This document shows, one piece after another, positions 1-13,744 of a stretch of 64,000 bases of DNA (the stretch's first letter is position 1; each line of letters begins with the position of its first letter). Location of the stretch: contig OZ037766.1 in NCBI GenBank assembly GCA_964035545.1, positions 19,518,767 to 19,582,766 on the forward strand. The letters are read 5' to 3'. The translations under genes were made by a program, and so were the position numbers. The DNA is from Bugula neritina. Taxonomy: Eukaryota; Animalia; Bryozoa. The notes beneath the pieces are model-generated. The model had not been told where the DNA came from. It saw only the letters and a program-made list of their open reading frames with translations, and did no database searches.

Positions 1-3
1 TAG

Positions 4-3000
4 TAAGCCTCACTATGAGAGAGAAGATGAAGTGGAAGATGCTGCAGGTACAACTACTTGTATATATATAACTTTAGCTTCAACATGAATAAGTAGGAGC
101 TTCGTATTAGGGCTTTAAAAGTGGTCAGTGGTTCAAATCTCAGTAAAGGCCATTGGCGATGTTATGATGGGCATTCAGCCATAATTGCTCCTTGCAATAG
201 AAAACAAGTCATTAGTCTGCTTAAAAGACCTTCACCACCAGGGGACCTAACAGGGATAGAGACTATCAACATACTAGAGTAGAGCAGAATATTACATCTA
301 AACCAAAAGAAAGCGAATTGTAATGACGAAAAATCCTATAGTTTTGTTTTTCCGCTATTATCAAGGCTTTTGTTCTATATTAATAATTTAAATTATAAAA
401 ATAAATTTATTAAACTTACTGATACATTTGAAAAAAAGGCTAAAATTATCGAATTCGTTAACTATGATTCTAGTAGTTTTAGTTATTGCTAAAGACAATG
501 AATAACGACTTAGTAAAATTTTCACGATAACTGTCATGGGTTAGTGAATAACTCAAAGTAGTTTTTTAATATATCGTTATTCATCTGATTAAACTTTTAT
601 TCTTTGTTCTATTTTACTATTTAAAATGCAGTTGTTATATATGTTACCTTAAATTAACTTAGCATTTGTATGTGCTATGAAGTAATATTGTTTTAATGTC
701 TTTAAAGTTGTCCTCTTTTTTTAACTGTGTTCTAATCATTTTGCCTATATTATTACCTACCTCATAATGCGAATTTTATCTTTAATTAGACCATGGTTAA
801 AGTTGCTACACTGTTCATAACTCTATTGACGTGTGTATCTGAACTATAGGTGAATCAACTCTTGTCAATCTACAACAGCCGTCAGTTACCTGTGGTAGTA
901 TTAATACAAGTACATCAGCTACTTGTTCATAATGTTGCAGTGTGAATAAAGAAGTAGCCTATGTTGTTCTATTTTCGTTTTCATCTTATGTCCTCCAGAT
1001 GTTAAGAAAAGATTTTGGCAGTCTGTTGGCGTGTTTGGAGAAAAGGGTGCTCTGCAGCAAATGATTATCAGTATGACTGAGCAACTGTTATCTACAACAA
1101 GAAGGACAATGTTTATCTATAGAAAGAAATACTCCAACTGCTCACTTCGTAAAGGACTAAAGAAATGGAAGTATGTCCAAGTCTTGCCACTTCTATATGA
1201 GAGTTGTGTACCAAATAAATAGTAAACCATGTGTGATGTAACACATGCATGCAGTTTGTCATGAAAATTTTGCTATAGGAGTTTTCTTCTTCTATAATGT
1301 ATAAACAACTCATCCATTGCTCATAACATTAGGGGTGGCTCAAAATCTTGTGCTGGAATCCTGACATCACCTGTTTAACTTCTGGTTTTAAAAACAAAAC
1401 ATTAGCTTCCTTGATTGTGAAAATAACTCTGAGAGGGAAAATTCCAAATCACAGAAGTGGTGCCATTCGCCAGTTCAACTCACCATATTGTATGATGTAT
1501 CCATACTTTATTATTGTTAGCGTTTTTCAACACTGTCATCTCAACAACTTAATTAACTCAAGATTTTTACAATTCTATTTGCATTATAAAGCATCGTGTT
1601 GTGAACTACCAACAGGAATGTGGGAATCTATATGAAGAAGTTGTTAACTGAAGCACAGCACGACCTGTCCATAGGGCCTTCTCTACTATTTAAACATTAC
1701 GATGCTGTGAATATTTCAACTGAATTCATTGGTGAGTTTATGATAGATAACCTAACAGAAACATACTTCGAGTTTATTAATCATTTATATTTAACAACTG
1801 TACCAATACAAATCAGTAATTTAGTTCAGTAATATTTTTAGTGTTATTTATTTGGTTGTATAGAGATGTAGAAATGTCACTAAAGGGCACCTGCAATAAT
1901 CTATCAATAAATGGAATGGAATTGACAATTTCCTTTAAAAAGCAAAGTTAACAAGTTCAAAGCATGGGATATGTTTTCCTCTTTTAGGTATACCTGAATT
2001 CGATCCCCACAGAAGCGGTAAGAACTCCATAAGTTGCAATTTATTGTTAAGAGATTTAGTATTTTTGATCAATTGTATGTGCTATATAAATTATATTTTT
2101 TACTTTAGAAATAACTTTATTCCATGAGATATAGTTAATACTAGACTATTGAAAGAACTAGCTGAAGAGGTTCTATTTAAGTATTTTTCGTTAGTATTAT
2201 TATTTCATGCAGTCATTTGCCATTGTGTGTTGAAGTGTTGAAGCAAACACATGTATATCCACTAAACCCAAGTAATGAGTATGTTTCCATATCTGTATAA
2301 CTATATTGTCGTTTTACAAAGTACCTTTGATTTATTTGCAAACATAAATTAATAGAAACTGCCGAGAAGTATTTAGCTTGTTTGCCATTACAACTGCCAC
2401 AATCACTACTTGGTTTTGATACATTTTGAAATGTATGGCTGGTATTTGAAAAGAAAGTTTCATTTCAACTGAAATTTTTGCACTCAGATTTCTGTTGTGG
2501 ACATTAAATTTAGAACCCTATTGACCAGGATGGTAAACAATACGATTACCAGAGCTTTCTATCTTTTGGCCTCAAAGACATTTGTGGTTATATTTCACCA
2601 GATAATCTAGACTTTAGACTAAATGCTTCCGGAATTTTAATTTTACTATTTGTTGTTAATGCTAGTTGGAGATTCTTGTGAAGGCATACCATTCAAGGCT
2701 AGTCAGTTCTACGCTAGATGTACTCATGCCTTATCTGCCCTCAAGGCAGCACCTAACTCCAAGCATGTAAAGAAGAAATTGTGGGAGCCTACCACTGTTT
2801 ACCTTCACTTATACAGAAATAGAGACCGGGGTGGTAGATCTATACCATCTACTAAGAACTGGAAATTGATTAAAGTAAGTGACTGAGGGTTCTAGAATCA
2901 TGCCTTCAACTCTCCTCTCACTTATTCTACCAACTCTCCTCCCACTTATTCTACCAACTCTCCTCCCACTTATTCTACCAACTCTCCTCCCACTTATTCT

Positions 3001-6000
3001 ACCAACTCTCCTCCCACTTATTCTACCAACTCTCTTCTCACTTATTCTACCAACTCTCCTCCCACTTATTCTACCAACTCTCCTCCCACTTATTCTACCA
3101 ACTCTCTTCTCACTTATTCTACCAACTCTCCTTCCACTTATTCTACCAACTCTCCTCTCACTTATTCTACCAACTCTCCTCTCACTTATTCTACCAACTC
3201 TCCTCTCACTTATTCTACCAACTCTCTTCTCACTTATTCTACCAACTCTCCTCCCACTTATTCTACCAACTCTCCTCTCACTTATTCTACCAACTCTCTT
3301 CTCACTTATTCTACCAACTCTCCTCTCACTTATTCTACCAACTCTCCTCCCACTTATTCTACCAACTCTCCTCCCACTTATTCTACCAACTCTCCTCTCA
3401 CTTATTCTATCAACTCTCTTCTCACTTATTCTACCAACTCTCCTCTCACTTATTCTACCAACTCTCCTCCCACTTATTCTACCAACTCTCCTCCCACTTA
3501 TTCTACCAACTCTCTTCTCACTTATTCTACCAACTCTCCTCCCACTTATTCTACCAACTCTCCTCTCACTTATTCTATCAACTCTCCTCTCACTTATTCT
3601 ACCAACTCTCTTCTCACTTATTCTACCAACTCTCCTCTCACTTATTCTACCAACTCTCCTCCCACTTATTCTACCAACTCTCCTCTCACTTATTCTACCA
3701 ACTCTCCTCTCACTTATTCTATCAACTCTCCTCCCACTTATTCTACCAACTCTCCTCCCACTTATTCTACCAACTCTCTTCTCACTTATTCTACCAACTC
3801 TCCTCTCACTTATTCTACCAACTCTCCTCCCACTTATTCTACCAACTCTCCTCTCACTTATTCTACCAACTCTCCTCTCACTTATTCTATCAACTCTCCT
3901 CCCACTTATTCTACCAACTCTCCTCCCACTTATTCTACCAACTCTCCTCCCACTTATTCTACCAACTCTCCTCTCACTTATTCTACCAACTCTCCTCCCA
4001 CTTATTCTACCAACTCTCCTCCCACTTATTCTACCAACTCTCCTCCCACTTACTCTACCAACTCTCCTCTCACTTATTCTACCAACTCTCCTCTCACTTA
4101 TTCTACCAACTCTCCTCTCACTTATTCTACCAACTCTCTTCTCACTTATTCTACCAACTCTCCTCTCACTTATTCTACCAACTCTCCTCTCACTTATTCT
4201 ATCAACTCTCCTCCCACTTACTCTACCAACTCTCTTCTCACTTATTCTACCAACTCTCCTCTCACTTATTCTACCAACTCTCCTCTCACTTATTCTACCA
4301 ACTCTCCTCTCACTTATTCTACCAACTCTCTTCTCACTTATTCTACCAACTCTCCTCCCACTTATTCTACCAACTCTCTTCTCACTTATTCTATCAACTC
4401 TCCTCCCACTTATTCTATCAACTCTCTTCTCACTTATTCTACCAACTCTCCTCTCACTTATTCTACCAACTCTCCTCTCACTTATTCTACCAACTCTCCT
4501 CTCACTTATTCTACCAACTCTCTTCTCACTTATTCTACCAACTCTCCTCCCACTTATTCTACCAACTCTCCTCTCACTTATTCTACCAACTCTCCTCTCA
4601 CTTATTCTACTAACTCTCCTCTCACTTATTCTATCAACTCTCCTCCCACTTATTCTACCAACTCTCCTCTCACTTATTCTACCAACCCTCCTCTCACTTA
4701 TTCTACCAACTCTCCTCTCACTTATTCTACCAACTCTCCTCTCACTTATTCTACCAACTCTCCTCTCACTTATTCTACCAACTCTCCTCTCACTTATTCT
4801 ACCAACTCTCCTCTCACTTATTCTATCAACTCTCTTCTCACTTATTCTACCAACTCTCCTCTCACTTATTCTATCAACTCTCCTCTCACTTATTCTATCA
4901 ACTCTCTTCTCACTTATTCTACCAACTCTCCTCCCACTTATTCTACCAACTCTCCTCCCACTTATTCTACCAACTCTCCTCTCACTTATTCTACCAACTC
5001 TCCTCTCACTTATTCTACCAACTCTCCTCTCACTTATTCTACCAACTCTCCTCCCACTTATTCTACCAACTCTCCTCTCACTTATTCTACCAACTCTCCT
5101 CTCACTTATTCTACCAACTCTCCTCCCACTTATTCTACCAACTCTCCTCTCACTTATTCTATCAACTCTCCTCCCACTTATTCTACCAACTCTCCTCTCA
5201 CTTATTCTACCAACTCTCCTCTCACTTATTCTACCAACTCTCCTCTCACTTATTCTATCAACTCTCCTCCCACTTATTCTACCAACTCTCCTCTCACTTA
5301 TTCTATCAACTCTCTTCTCACTTATTCTACCAACTCTCCTCTCACTTATTCTACCAACTCTCTTCTCACTTATTCTACCAACTCTCCTCTCACTTATTCT
5401 ATCAACTCTCTTCTCACTTATTCTACCAACTCTCCTCTCACTTATTCTACCAACTCTCTTCTCACTTATTCTACCAACTCTCCTCCCACTTATTCTATCA
5501 ACTCTCCTCTCACTTATTCTATCAACTCTCCTCTCACTTATTCTACCAACTCTCCTCCCACTTATTCTACCAACTCTCCTCTCACTTATTCTATCAACTC
5601 TCCTCCCACTTATTCTACCAACTCTCCTCTCACTTATTCTACCAACTCTCCTCCCACTTATTCTATCAACTCTCCTCTCACTTATTCTATCAACTCTCCT
5701 CCCACTTATTCTACCAACTCTCCTCTCACTTATTCTATCAACTCTCCTCTCACTTATTCTACCAACTCTCTTCTCACTTATTCTATCAACTCTCCTCCCA
5801 CTTATTCTACCAACTCTCCTCCCACTTATTCTACCAACTCTCTTCTCACTTATTCTACCAACTCTCCTCCCACTTATTCTACCAACTCTCCTCCCACTTA
5901 TTCTACCAACTCTCTTCTCACTTATTCTACCAACTCTCCTCCCACTTATTCTACCAACTCTCCTCTCACTTATTCTATCAACTCTCTTCTCACTTATTCT

Positions 6001-9000
6001 ACCAACTCTCCTCTCACTTATTCTACCAACTCTCCTCCCACTTATTCTACCAACTCTCCTCCCACTTATTCTACCAACTCTCCTCCCACTTATTCTACCA
6101 ACTCTCCTCCCACTTATTCTACCAACTCTCCTCTCACTTATTCTACCAACTCTCCTCCCACTTATTCTATCAACTCTCCTCTCACTTATTCTACCAACTC
6201 TCCCCCCACTTATTCTACCAACTCTCCTCTCACTTATTCTACCAACTCTCTTCTCACTTATTCTACCAACTCTCCTCCCACTTATTCTACCAACTCTCCT
6301 CTCACTTATTCTACCAACTCTCCTCTCACTTATTCTACCAACTCTCTTCTCACTTATTCTACCAACTCTCCTCTCACTTATTCTATCAACTCTCTTCTCA
6401 CTTATTCTACCAACTCTCCTCTCACTTATTCTATCAACTCTCTTCTCACTTATTCTACCAACTCTCCTCTCACTTATTCTATCAACTCTCCTCTCACTTA
6501 TTCTATCAACTCTCTTCTCACTTATTCTACCAACTCTCCTCTCACTTATTCTACCAACTCTCCTCTCACTTATTCTACCAACTCTCCTCTCACTTATTCT
6601 ACCAACTCTCCTCTCACTTATTCTATCAACTCTCCTCCCACTTATTCTACCAACTCTCCTCTCACTTATTCTATCAACTCTCTTCTCACTTATTCTACCA
6701 ACTCTCCTCTCACTTATTCTACCAACTCTCTTCTCACTTATTCTACCAACTCTCCTCCCACTTATTCTACCAACTCTCCTCTCACTTATTCTACCAACTC
6801 TCCTCTCACTTATTCTACTAACTCTCCTCTCACTTATTCTATCAACTCTCCTCCCACTTATTCTACCAACTCTCCTCTCACTTATTCTACCAACCCTCCT
6901 CTCACTTATTCTACCAACTCGTACCAAATATTCTGTTATATTCTAGAGAATATATGACCAGTCTGCCAGGTCTCCACTGCGTATGGCAGGTATGACTACT
7001 CTGCTGCCCCTTGCCATATTCTTCCCTCTAGTTTAGTTTCCATAAAGTTGCAGCTGTTGCAAGTACAGTACTAGGATAGCATCTTGCAGTTAAGTTTCCT
7101 GCAACAAGTTCACACAATGTTACAGATATATACGTTCTGTAATTATATAAAACTTCTGGTAGGTCAACAAACTAGCAAGATTTTCTATATACATGTATTA
7201 CTTCATATTTATTGCACACCTTCAATTAATATAATCAAGTTAAATGGTAACGCCAATTTTATACAAACTATGGATTAAAATTTCACATTCATTCATATAA
7301 TTATTTGTAAAATTATTATGATGGTAGTAGTTGTAGTATATACTGTAAATGGTGTTTTTGATATTGATAACAATGAGAAAAATGTTGGATTAATTATAGT
7401 GATCAACTTGTTTCAACAGCTAACCTATGATATATATTAGAATGTGTGGTTTATTTGTGAATATTTCCTATTGGTCAACTTACCAGAATATAAAACATAC
7501 AATTACGTTGGTCACTTTTATCTTTTAAAATGTTGATTCCTATGTGACTACTTTTCTAATAAAATAGCAAAGTACATCTCTTTTATTCTGTGGAAACGTA
7601 CTTAAAAACTACATAACATCAAACAAAACAAAACATATCCATAAAAACAAGTTATGTAATTCAATCAATACTTCAACTACTAAGTTGTTTGTCCAAACAC
7701 TGCTCCAGGGCTTCCTGTTGCCACCAGTGCAGCTTTATGGGAGCTGTGCTAGTTGCTTGCCAAGTATTCTTATGTTCTTTGTTTACGGATTATTTATCAG
7801 ACTATCATAACATAGTGACCTCATTTTACAGTAGTATGGTAAGATTATATAAATTATTCTAGTATTGCTCCTAGAAAGCTTTAGTCATTCTGAAACAAGT
7901 GCATTACTTTTGTTATTATTTTGTTAAAGTTGATTTCACTCAATATATTATACTTTTGTTTTACTTGTTTTGATTTACTTATCAAAATCTAATGGGAATT
8001 TTATGGTGGGTTGTTAGTTTGGCTTTAAAGGGTTGCTCGATCTTAGTTTATTACAATCACATTATAATTATGAACTATAATCTAATGTGTATGCAAAAAA
8101 TTGTGACTTTGCAAAGGGATATGTGCCTAGAAAACAGCTTTTCAAAATTCTAATTTTGAGGGAGGTAAAATTTTCAGCCATGAAAAAGAATAGCCTAATA
8201 CGTGACGTGTGAACGCCAGTAACTATGCTGCACGTGCTAACTATAACGCTAGTATTCAAGGTTGCTGAGCACAATATCAACCAATAACGCTCAAGCAGTT
8301 ACAGTGCGCTATATAGGTCAGCTTTGGTGTGCCCGTAATATTGCACAATCGGACCTAGTTTAGATTAATCGCAGGCATTCATCCTAAAGAATGCATGTTT
8401 TTGCAATGCTTTTTTCTAATGTTTACAAGCAAAATATAGCCTAATGTTATCACATACATGTTATTTAAAACGTCAAAAAACTATAGATTGAGATAATTCA
8501 CATTTGCACTTCTATAAATATACAAATTACGAGCTGAAAGATCACATCTCACAGTCATATTTCTATAGTTATTCATTTGTATAGTCACGTGACCAGCAGG
8601 AATGCTGGCGCTGTTACGTCACATTTCCCAGCTCATTTCAAAATCGGCGTTTTGGCTGTTACCAATCTACACCCTCAACTTCAACTAACTTTTTCTACCT
8701 TTGGTCAAATGCTTTTTGTCAATGCATGCTTAGAAAAACACAATATTATGTGTGTTTGACCTAAATGGCCATTTATTAAACAAGATAGAGCAATCCTTTA
8801 ACAGTTTACATATGATATATCATATATTATATGGTTTTGTATTATGATTATCACAGGTCCTAGTTGAATTTTTAAAAACAGTTTCATATAATTACACCGT
8901 TATCCTTATTTGATTTTACCTTTAAATTTATATTTTTAGATGCTCTTCATGAAATATCGGATCAGCAACAAGGTAAGCAGATGCTAATCATTAACCTAGT

Positions 9001-12000
9001 GTTAGCATTTTCAACTGTGCATGTTATATACAGTTGCTGTAACGTTTATAGGAGGTGAACTATTTAAAATATATGTAAATAGTAAGTGAAGACATTTTCT
9101 CTTGGCGTTTTATATAATTTTATGTTATATTTGAAGAAGTGGCCGCACCATTTCAAAATGTGATGAATATAAAAGTGAACAATTTCTTTCTTTTCTGTAG
9201 TGTTGAACGGTGTCATGCCGAAAATATTTTTAAATAGCAGAACACACTAAACAGAGCAAATACACTGACTATTAGCTTCCTAGTAATATTTCATAGTATA
9301 TTTATAGTAACTTGATACGGCATTCTAAAGCTATTTATTTTGTTTCTAGGTTTGAGGGAGACAATAAGGTTTGATGATTTATACATACAATATAAGTTGA
9401 TCACCTGTACTAAATGTTTTCTTTATATAAAACATTTAATTTATAATAGTTACTGTCTATTTAGCTCTTTGTAAGCAAATGATGCTCATTTTTATTGAAG
9501 TGACTCCATAAAGTTTTCTCAAGCAGCTAAAGGGGGGACTCTTTTAGACCTTCCTGGTGCACCTGTCATTACAGATCCTGAAACAGGTGAAAAGTCTCAG
9601 GATCTGACAGGTGTTGACGTGAAGGTATTACATACATACTGTGCATACATATGTACATACATACATACATGCATACGTACATACATACATACATACTGTA
9701 CATACATATGTACATACATACATACATACGTACGTACGTACGTACATACATACTGTACTATACATACATGTAATACATACATGTAATACATACATACATA
9801 CTGTACATACATGCATACTTACATACATGCATGTATAAGACAACTGTATGACTAGTTAATTGTTCTGTTACACCCTGTATTTCTGAGACTTATTTGTCTC
9901 CCTTTGACAGTCAAATGGTATGACTACTAACATATAAGTAACTGTATAGCCTTTGTACCAGCAATTAATGGTGTACATATTTTTTGCAGAGAATAACTGT
10001 ATCAGCCCAGCAAATAGCTGAGGCTATGCTATATCTTAGTCATCATAACATATTCACTAAGAAAATGGTGAAGGATCGTTTCATTTGGAAAAAGAGAATG
10101 CAGGCGATTTCTAATCAGGCTAAGATAACGGCAGCAGAGAATACACAAAGAGAACATCCAAAATTTCTCAAAATTATGTCTCTTACATTAAGGGTAGCTA
10201 AAAGTGAACCTGGCGCTGGTTCAAGAGCTCAGAAACCCCCGGTCTGTCTCTCCACCACCTGTCAACACAAGGTACTTTAAGAACCACTTCTCAGTGTATG
10301 ATATCTGAAACTCTATGACTTCAAGTCACATTAATTTGGTTTTAATTTAATGAATCAATTTGATTTATAGGTGCTGCACAAATTTTATTTATCATTAGCT
10401 ATTATTTCACACAAGATTGGATTACTTCTAACTATATTTCTTGCTAATAGGTGCCTAGTTTATCCGCAAAGTCTGCAGTATCAGCTAGAATTGGCAGAAC
10501 ACTAACTGGTGAGTTGATATATTTCACTAGAGCTGATCTAATCTACTTCATACTATACTCTGGCACCTTGTAGGAGAGTCTAATACTAGTCACTGAAGGC
10601 CACTTGCAGCTCATCAAATCTTCCAACTGTTTGGATCACTTGCTATCAACAATTTCAGTTTTTAGGACATAATGAATACCTTATAATATTCTTATTCACA
10701 CATAAAAATATATACAATGTTGTACCGATTTTGGATTGATTCTTATAATGTTAATTTAACAATATTAGATAATGGTGGACTGTAAAACAATTATTTTATT
10801 TGTATGTGTTTGTGTGCATTGTGTTTGTGTGTGTGTTGACTGTTGTGGCTGTGTGTATTGTGTTTGTGTGTATTGTATTGTGTTTGCGAGTTGTGGTTGT
10901 GTGTATTGTATTGTGTTTGCGAGTTGTGGCTGTGTGAACAGTGACATGCACCTACTGGCTGCCAACCTATTTATCTCGATACAGGTTGTTACTCTCCAAA
11001 AATCAAATCATCTCAATCTTACAATCTACCCTCTGCTTTTGGCAACTCCCCATCCCGTTACAAGTTGAATGCTGGAGGGGTGAGTAAAAAGAAGTTTCCT
11101 GAGACGAACAGACGGACTCCTATAAAAGCCGCTAGAAATAACTATGCTAAACCTATGCAAAAGCAAGCTAATGCTGACAGGCTTTCGGGCAGCAGTGATG
11201 AACAGTTTATTGATGGTCACTGGAAGAAAAACCCTTTCAAAAAGTACGGTGATATCAGTTAGTTGCACTTTGTTTCTATATTTTGATGAATGTTGCAAAG
11301 TAGGCTTATTTCAAATTGAATACATTGTGTTACATGAAGTTGGTTTTTTATGCATGCCAAGACCTTTATCAGTTCACTTACTTTTCATTCAGTAAACACA
11401 CACCTGGTGACTCGTAAATATTTACATCTTTATATTATCAAACCGCAACAAGGTATAAAATATTAGTAAATTTAGTAACACAAAAGTTTCAACTCTTCTC
11501 ATCACTTTACATTTAAGACATTATCAATTAATGAGTTTCCAACCATGATCATGTTTTTCTAGTTATCGGAGAGCAGGCTTTACTGGGAACATCACTTTGA
11601 TTAAATTGAGGGGCAGAAACGTGACACACAGCGATCTCTACAAACCAACACCATCTATGGAAAGCATTCTTCATCGAAGTTTTATAAGAGATAGGCTAGT
11701 AAAACCTGGTCATGTTGATGAAGTTATTTCTCTTTCTTCAAAAACGAGCTTACCTCCCATAAATCAGCCATCAACATTCAAGGCATGGTGCATGTATACT
11801 TTTTGCTATTATTTTTGTCAAGTGCAAGCTGTCCTTAGAGGATTAAAGAATATTGTGGACTTAATGTGTTGTTGTCTTCTCTTTTTATAGACAATTTATA
11901 ACATGATGAACCAAACTACCACTCAAGCAGAGTTTCTTTCTGATAAAGACTCCAGGGACCTAATTCTAGAAAAGTTTAGAGGTCGTCTGCTAAGTGAAGC

Positions 12001-12754
12001 AGCAAAAGAGAAAAAGGCTATAGCCTTTCAATCATATTTACAGGGCACTGCTGGAAAAGCTTATACTCAACATGTTTACATCCGGAAATCAAATAACAGG
12101 TCTCTAAATAAATCATTTTTAATATCTATAGTATGTACATTATTAAAAATAGTAAGCAGGAAATATTTTTAAACACTACTTTATTTATCTAAATGAATAA
12201 AGTAGCAAACAAAAAATATTTCTTGTTTATTTTTGTATAATGTGTTCGTGTGTGTGTTCGTTCGTATGTGTGTAATTTAAAACTCAGTTTTGTGCATTTG
12301 TACCCATTGGATGCATATAAAACAAGACAGTCAGCATCAAAAGTACATAGTGGAAGATTAGCGATGGGTAAAACATGTAAAACGTGTAGTTTTGATAGTC
12401 ATTATGGATGCTTTAAGAAAACTAGGATATGAAAATTATCATGGTAATGAACATAAAGTAACCAACTGTGTTGCTATATTTTAGACCCACACATTACCAG
12501 CTGGAAATTATTCTTAGCATGTCATTGAATATAAGACTATAAATAATATTGCTGATTATATAGTGTTATTAAAAAGTGTCATGTTATCATCAAGAATATA
12601 CACACGCGGCCCAGCAAAGTCTGTGCAGTTGGATGATTCTGGAGAGAACATTGTTACTGGAGAGAACATCGTAGCTGAAGAGGAAGTTCTTGAATTTAAA
12701 AGCAAAAGAACATATACTCAGCCGAAAATTCTACCTCCACCAAACAGTCAGTAA
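4..12754 (+). CDS. Unidentified multi-exon protein-coding gene, 5'-partial (3' exons tentative)
   Basis: Phase-consistent AG/GT-bounded exons read by hand: 4-47, 999-1170, 1616-1731, 1988-2017, 2135-2169, 2514-2586, 2666-2874, 6947-6989, 8940-8972, 9548-9624, 9990-10271, 10451-10508, 10985-11243, 11563-(11782 GC donor or 11821), 11891-~12099, and a probable last exon 12564-12754 whose phase link is unresolved. They overlap ORF-track peptides at 1031, 1620, 2650, 9984, 11065, 11597, 11903 and 12563. No protein family recognised. Confidence 0.6.
93..275 (+). mobile_element. Degenerate tRNA-derived SINE (same family as 57991-58194)
   Basis: B-box-like GGTTCAAATCTC is followed by aaaggccattggcgatgttatgatgggcattcagccataattgctcc...cagggatagagactatcaac. 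This is colinear with the reverse complement of 57991-58194. Confidence 0.6.
2904..6920. repeat. 24-bp intronic minisatellite, ~167 units (CTCACTTATTCTACCAACTCTCCT)
   Basis: 24-bp period is directly visible, with three common C/T variant positions and no G on the + strand. It fills almost the whole intron 2875-6946 and produces the artefactual 1355/1372-aa ORFs. Confidence 0.98.
8029..8797. mobile_element. Non-autonomous DNA transposon, Kolobok-like (TTAA TSD, AG...CT termini)
   Basis: Left end ttaa|agggttgctcgatcttagtttatta; right end as reverse complement ttaa|aggattgctctatcttgtttaata, giving an imperfect TIR of ~25 bp. TTAA at 8025-8028 and 8798-8801. Purine-purine termini fit Kolobok rather than piggyBac (CC/CA). 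Confidence 0.75.
9628..9835. repeat. Degenerate (ACAT)n microsatellite
   Basis: catacatacatac... with tgta/cgta interruptions, starting right after the donor at 9625. Confidence 0.92.
10800..10937. repeat. TG-rich repeat with a duplicated ~33-bp unit
   Basis: tgtgtgtattgtattgtgtttgcgagttgtgg occurs twice within (TG)-rich sequence. Confidence 0.8.
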
Positions 12755-13744
12755 TCGTTTCAAAATCTTTTGTCTTTTTTGCTGATCAATTTCAACCATT
12801 TTTAAGTTTGCAATGCTAGGAAATTTTATTAAGAGTATATTATCTTTACTGTGTTTAGAATGTATTACTATATCTAGTTTTACCATAAAATTATAATTGC
12901 AATGAAATAGACCTCAAATGTTATATATTTTAATTATGTTCTACCAAAATGATAATGAATTTTACAGCATATGTTTTATGAATAAGAGGTTGCCTATTGC
13001 ATGGTCATTTATAAAATTGATTTGGAGGTTAGAAAGTCCCTGCACCAAGTCCAATGTGAATGTACTGATATTGGTAGCGTACCAGGAGCTTAGTTGCTAA
13101 TAGCTAGTCTACAAGTCGAATAAATAGAAAAGCATTTATTCTTGTTTATGCAGTCAACTCTAAAAATCTGGGCAGCGTTCAATCTAAACCCAACATCTAC
13201 CAACCAGTGATGAGTTCCCATGTCAAGAGTTCAAGGATTTCTTTGGCGCCTTCGTTGCCCAGCGTTTCTGGTAAGTGTCAATCTCACCAACCTCTGTGAT
13301 CAGTGGGTAAAGCTATACTCTTGTAACTAGTTGCATGTTCTTGCTAAAGTTTATATGATTTTATTGAATATTCAATGTCTCGGGCTGATAATACTCAGCT
13401 CTATAATTATTTGTATTGTAGGGTCTAACTTTGTTACCCACCAAAGCAGAAAGGCAAGTAATAGTAAATTAGTATATAGTTAATTGATGGTGAGCAATTG
13501 CATAAATTTTAATGGTGTTGTTTATTTAAAGCAAGTCTCACAAACTTGGCATCATAGAAATTAGGTGACTGCTCTACAGTTCTAAAGTATGCATATTTTA
13601 TGATACTTAAAAATTATAATTCTAAAAATATACAATATAACAAATGTGCAAGGTTTGCTCTAGTAGACAAAGTACTATGAGGAGCTCTCACATTCTTACT
13701 TGTAATTACTCATCCATTGATGACTATGTATTGTTAATGCAGGG

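Noticed and set aside
2904-6920. CRISPR-like or other repeat-spacer array
   Set aside because: Units are head-to-tail with no unique spacers; eukaryotic context with no cas genes.
2809-6946. Overlapping 1372-aa (RISERRVG)n and 1355-aa (LILPTLLS)n ORFs on opposite strands
   Set aside because: By-product of a stop-free 24-bp minisatellite lying between a GTAAGT donor (2875) and an AG acceptor (6946); neither ORF begins with ATG.
9350-9368. Possible 19-nt exon of the + strand gene
   Set aside because: It would shift phase and meet a stop in the next exon; 8972 joins 9548 directly.
9569-9843. MYV/HTY-repeat ORFs
   Set aside because: Translations of the (ACAT)n microsatellite.
10772-11068. Cys-rich metallothionein-like ORF
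   Set aside because: The cysteines come from a TG-rich repeat in an intron.
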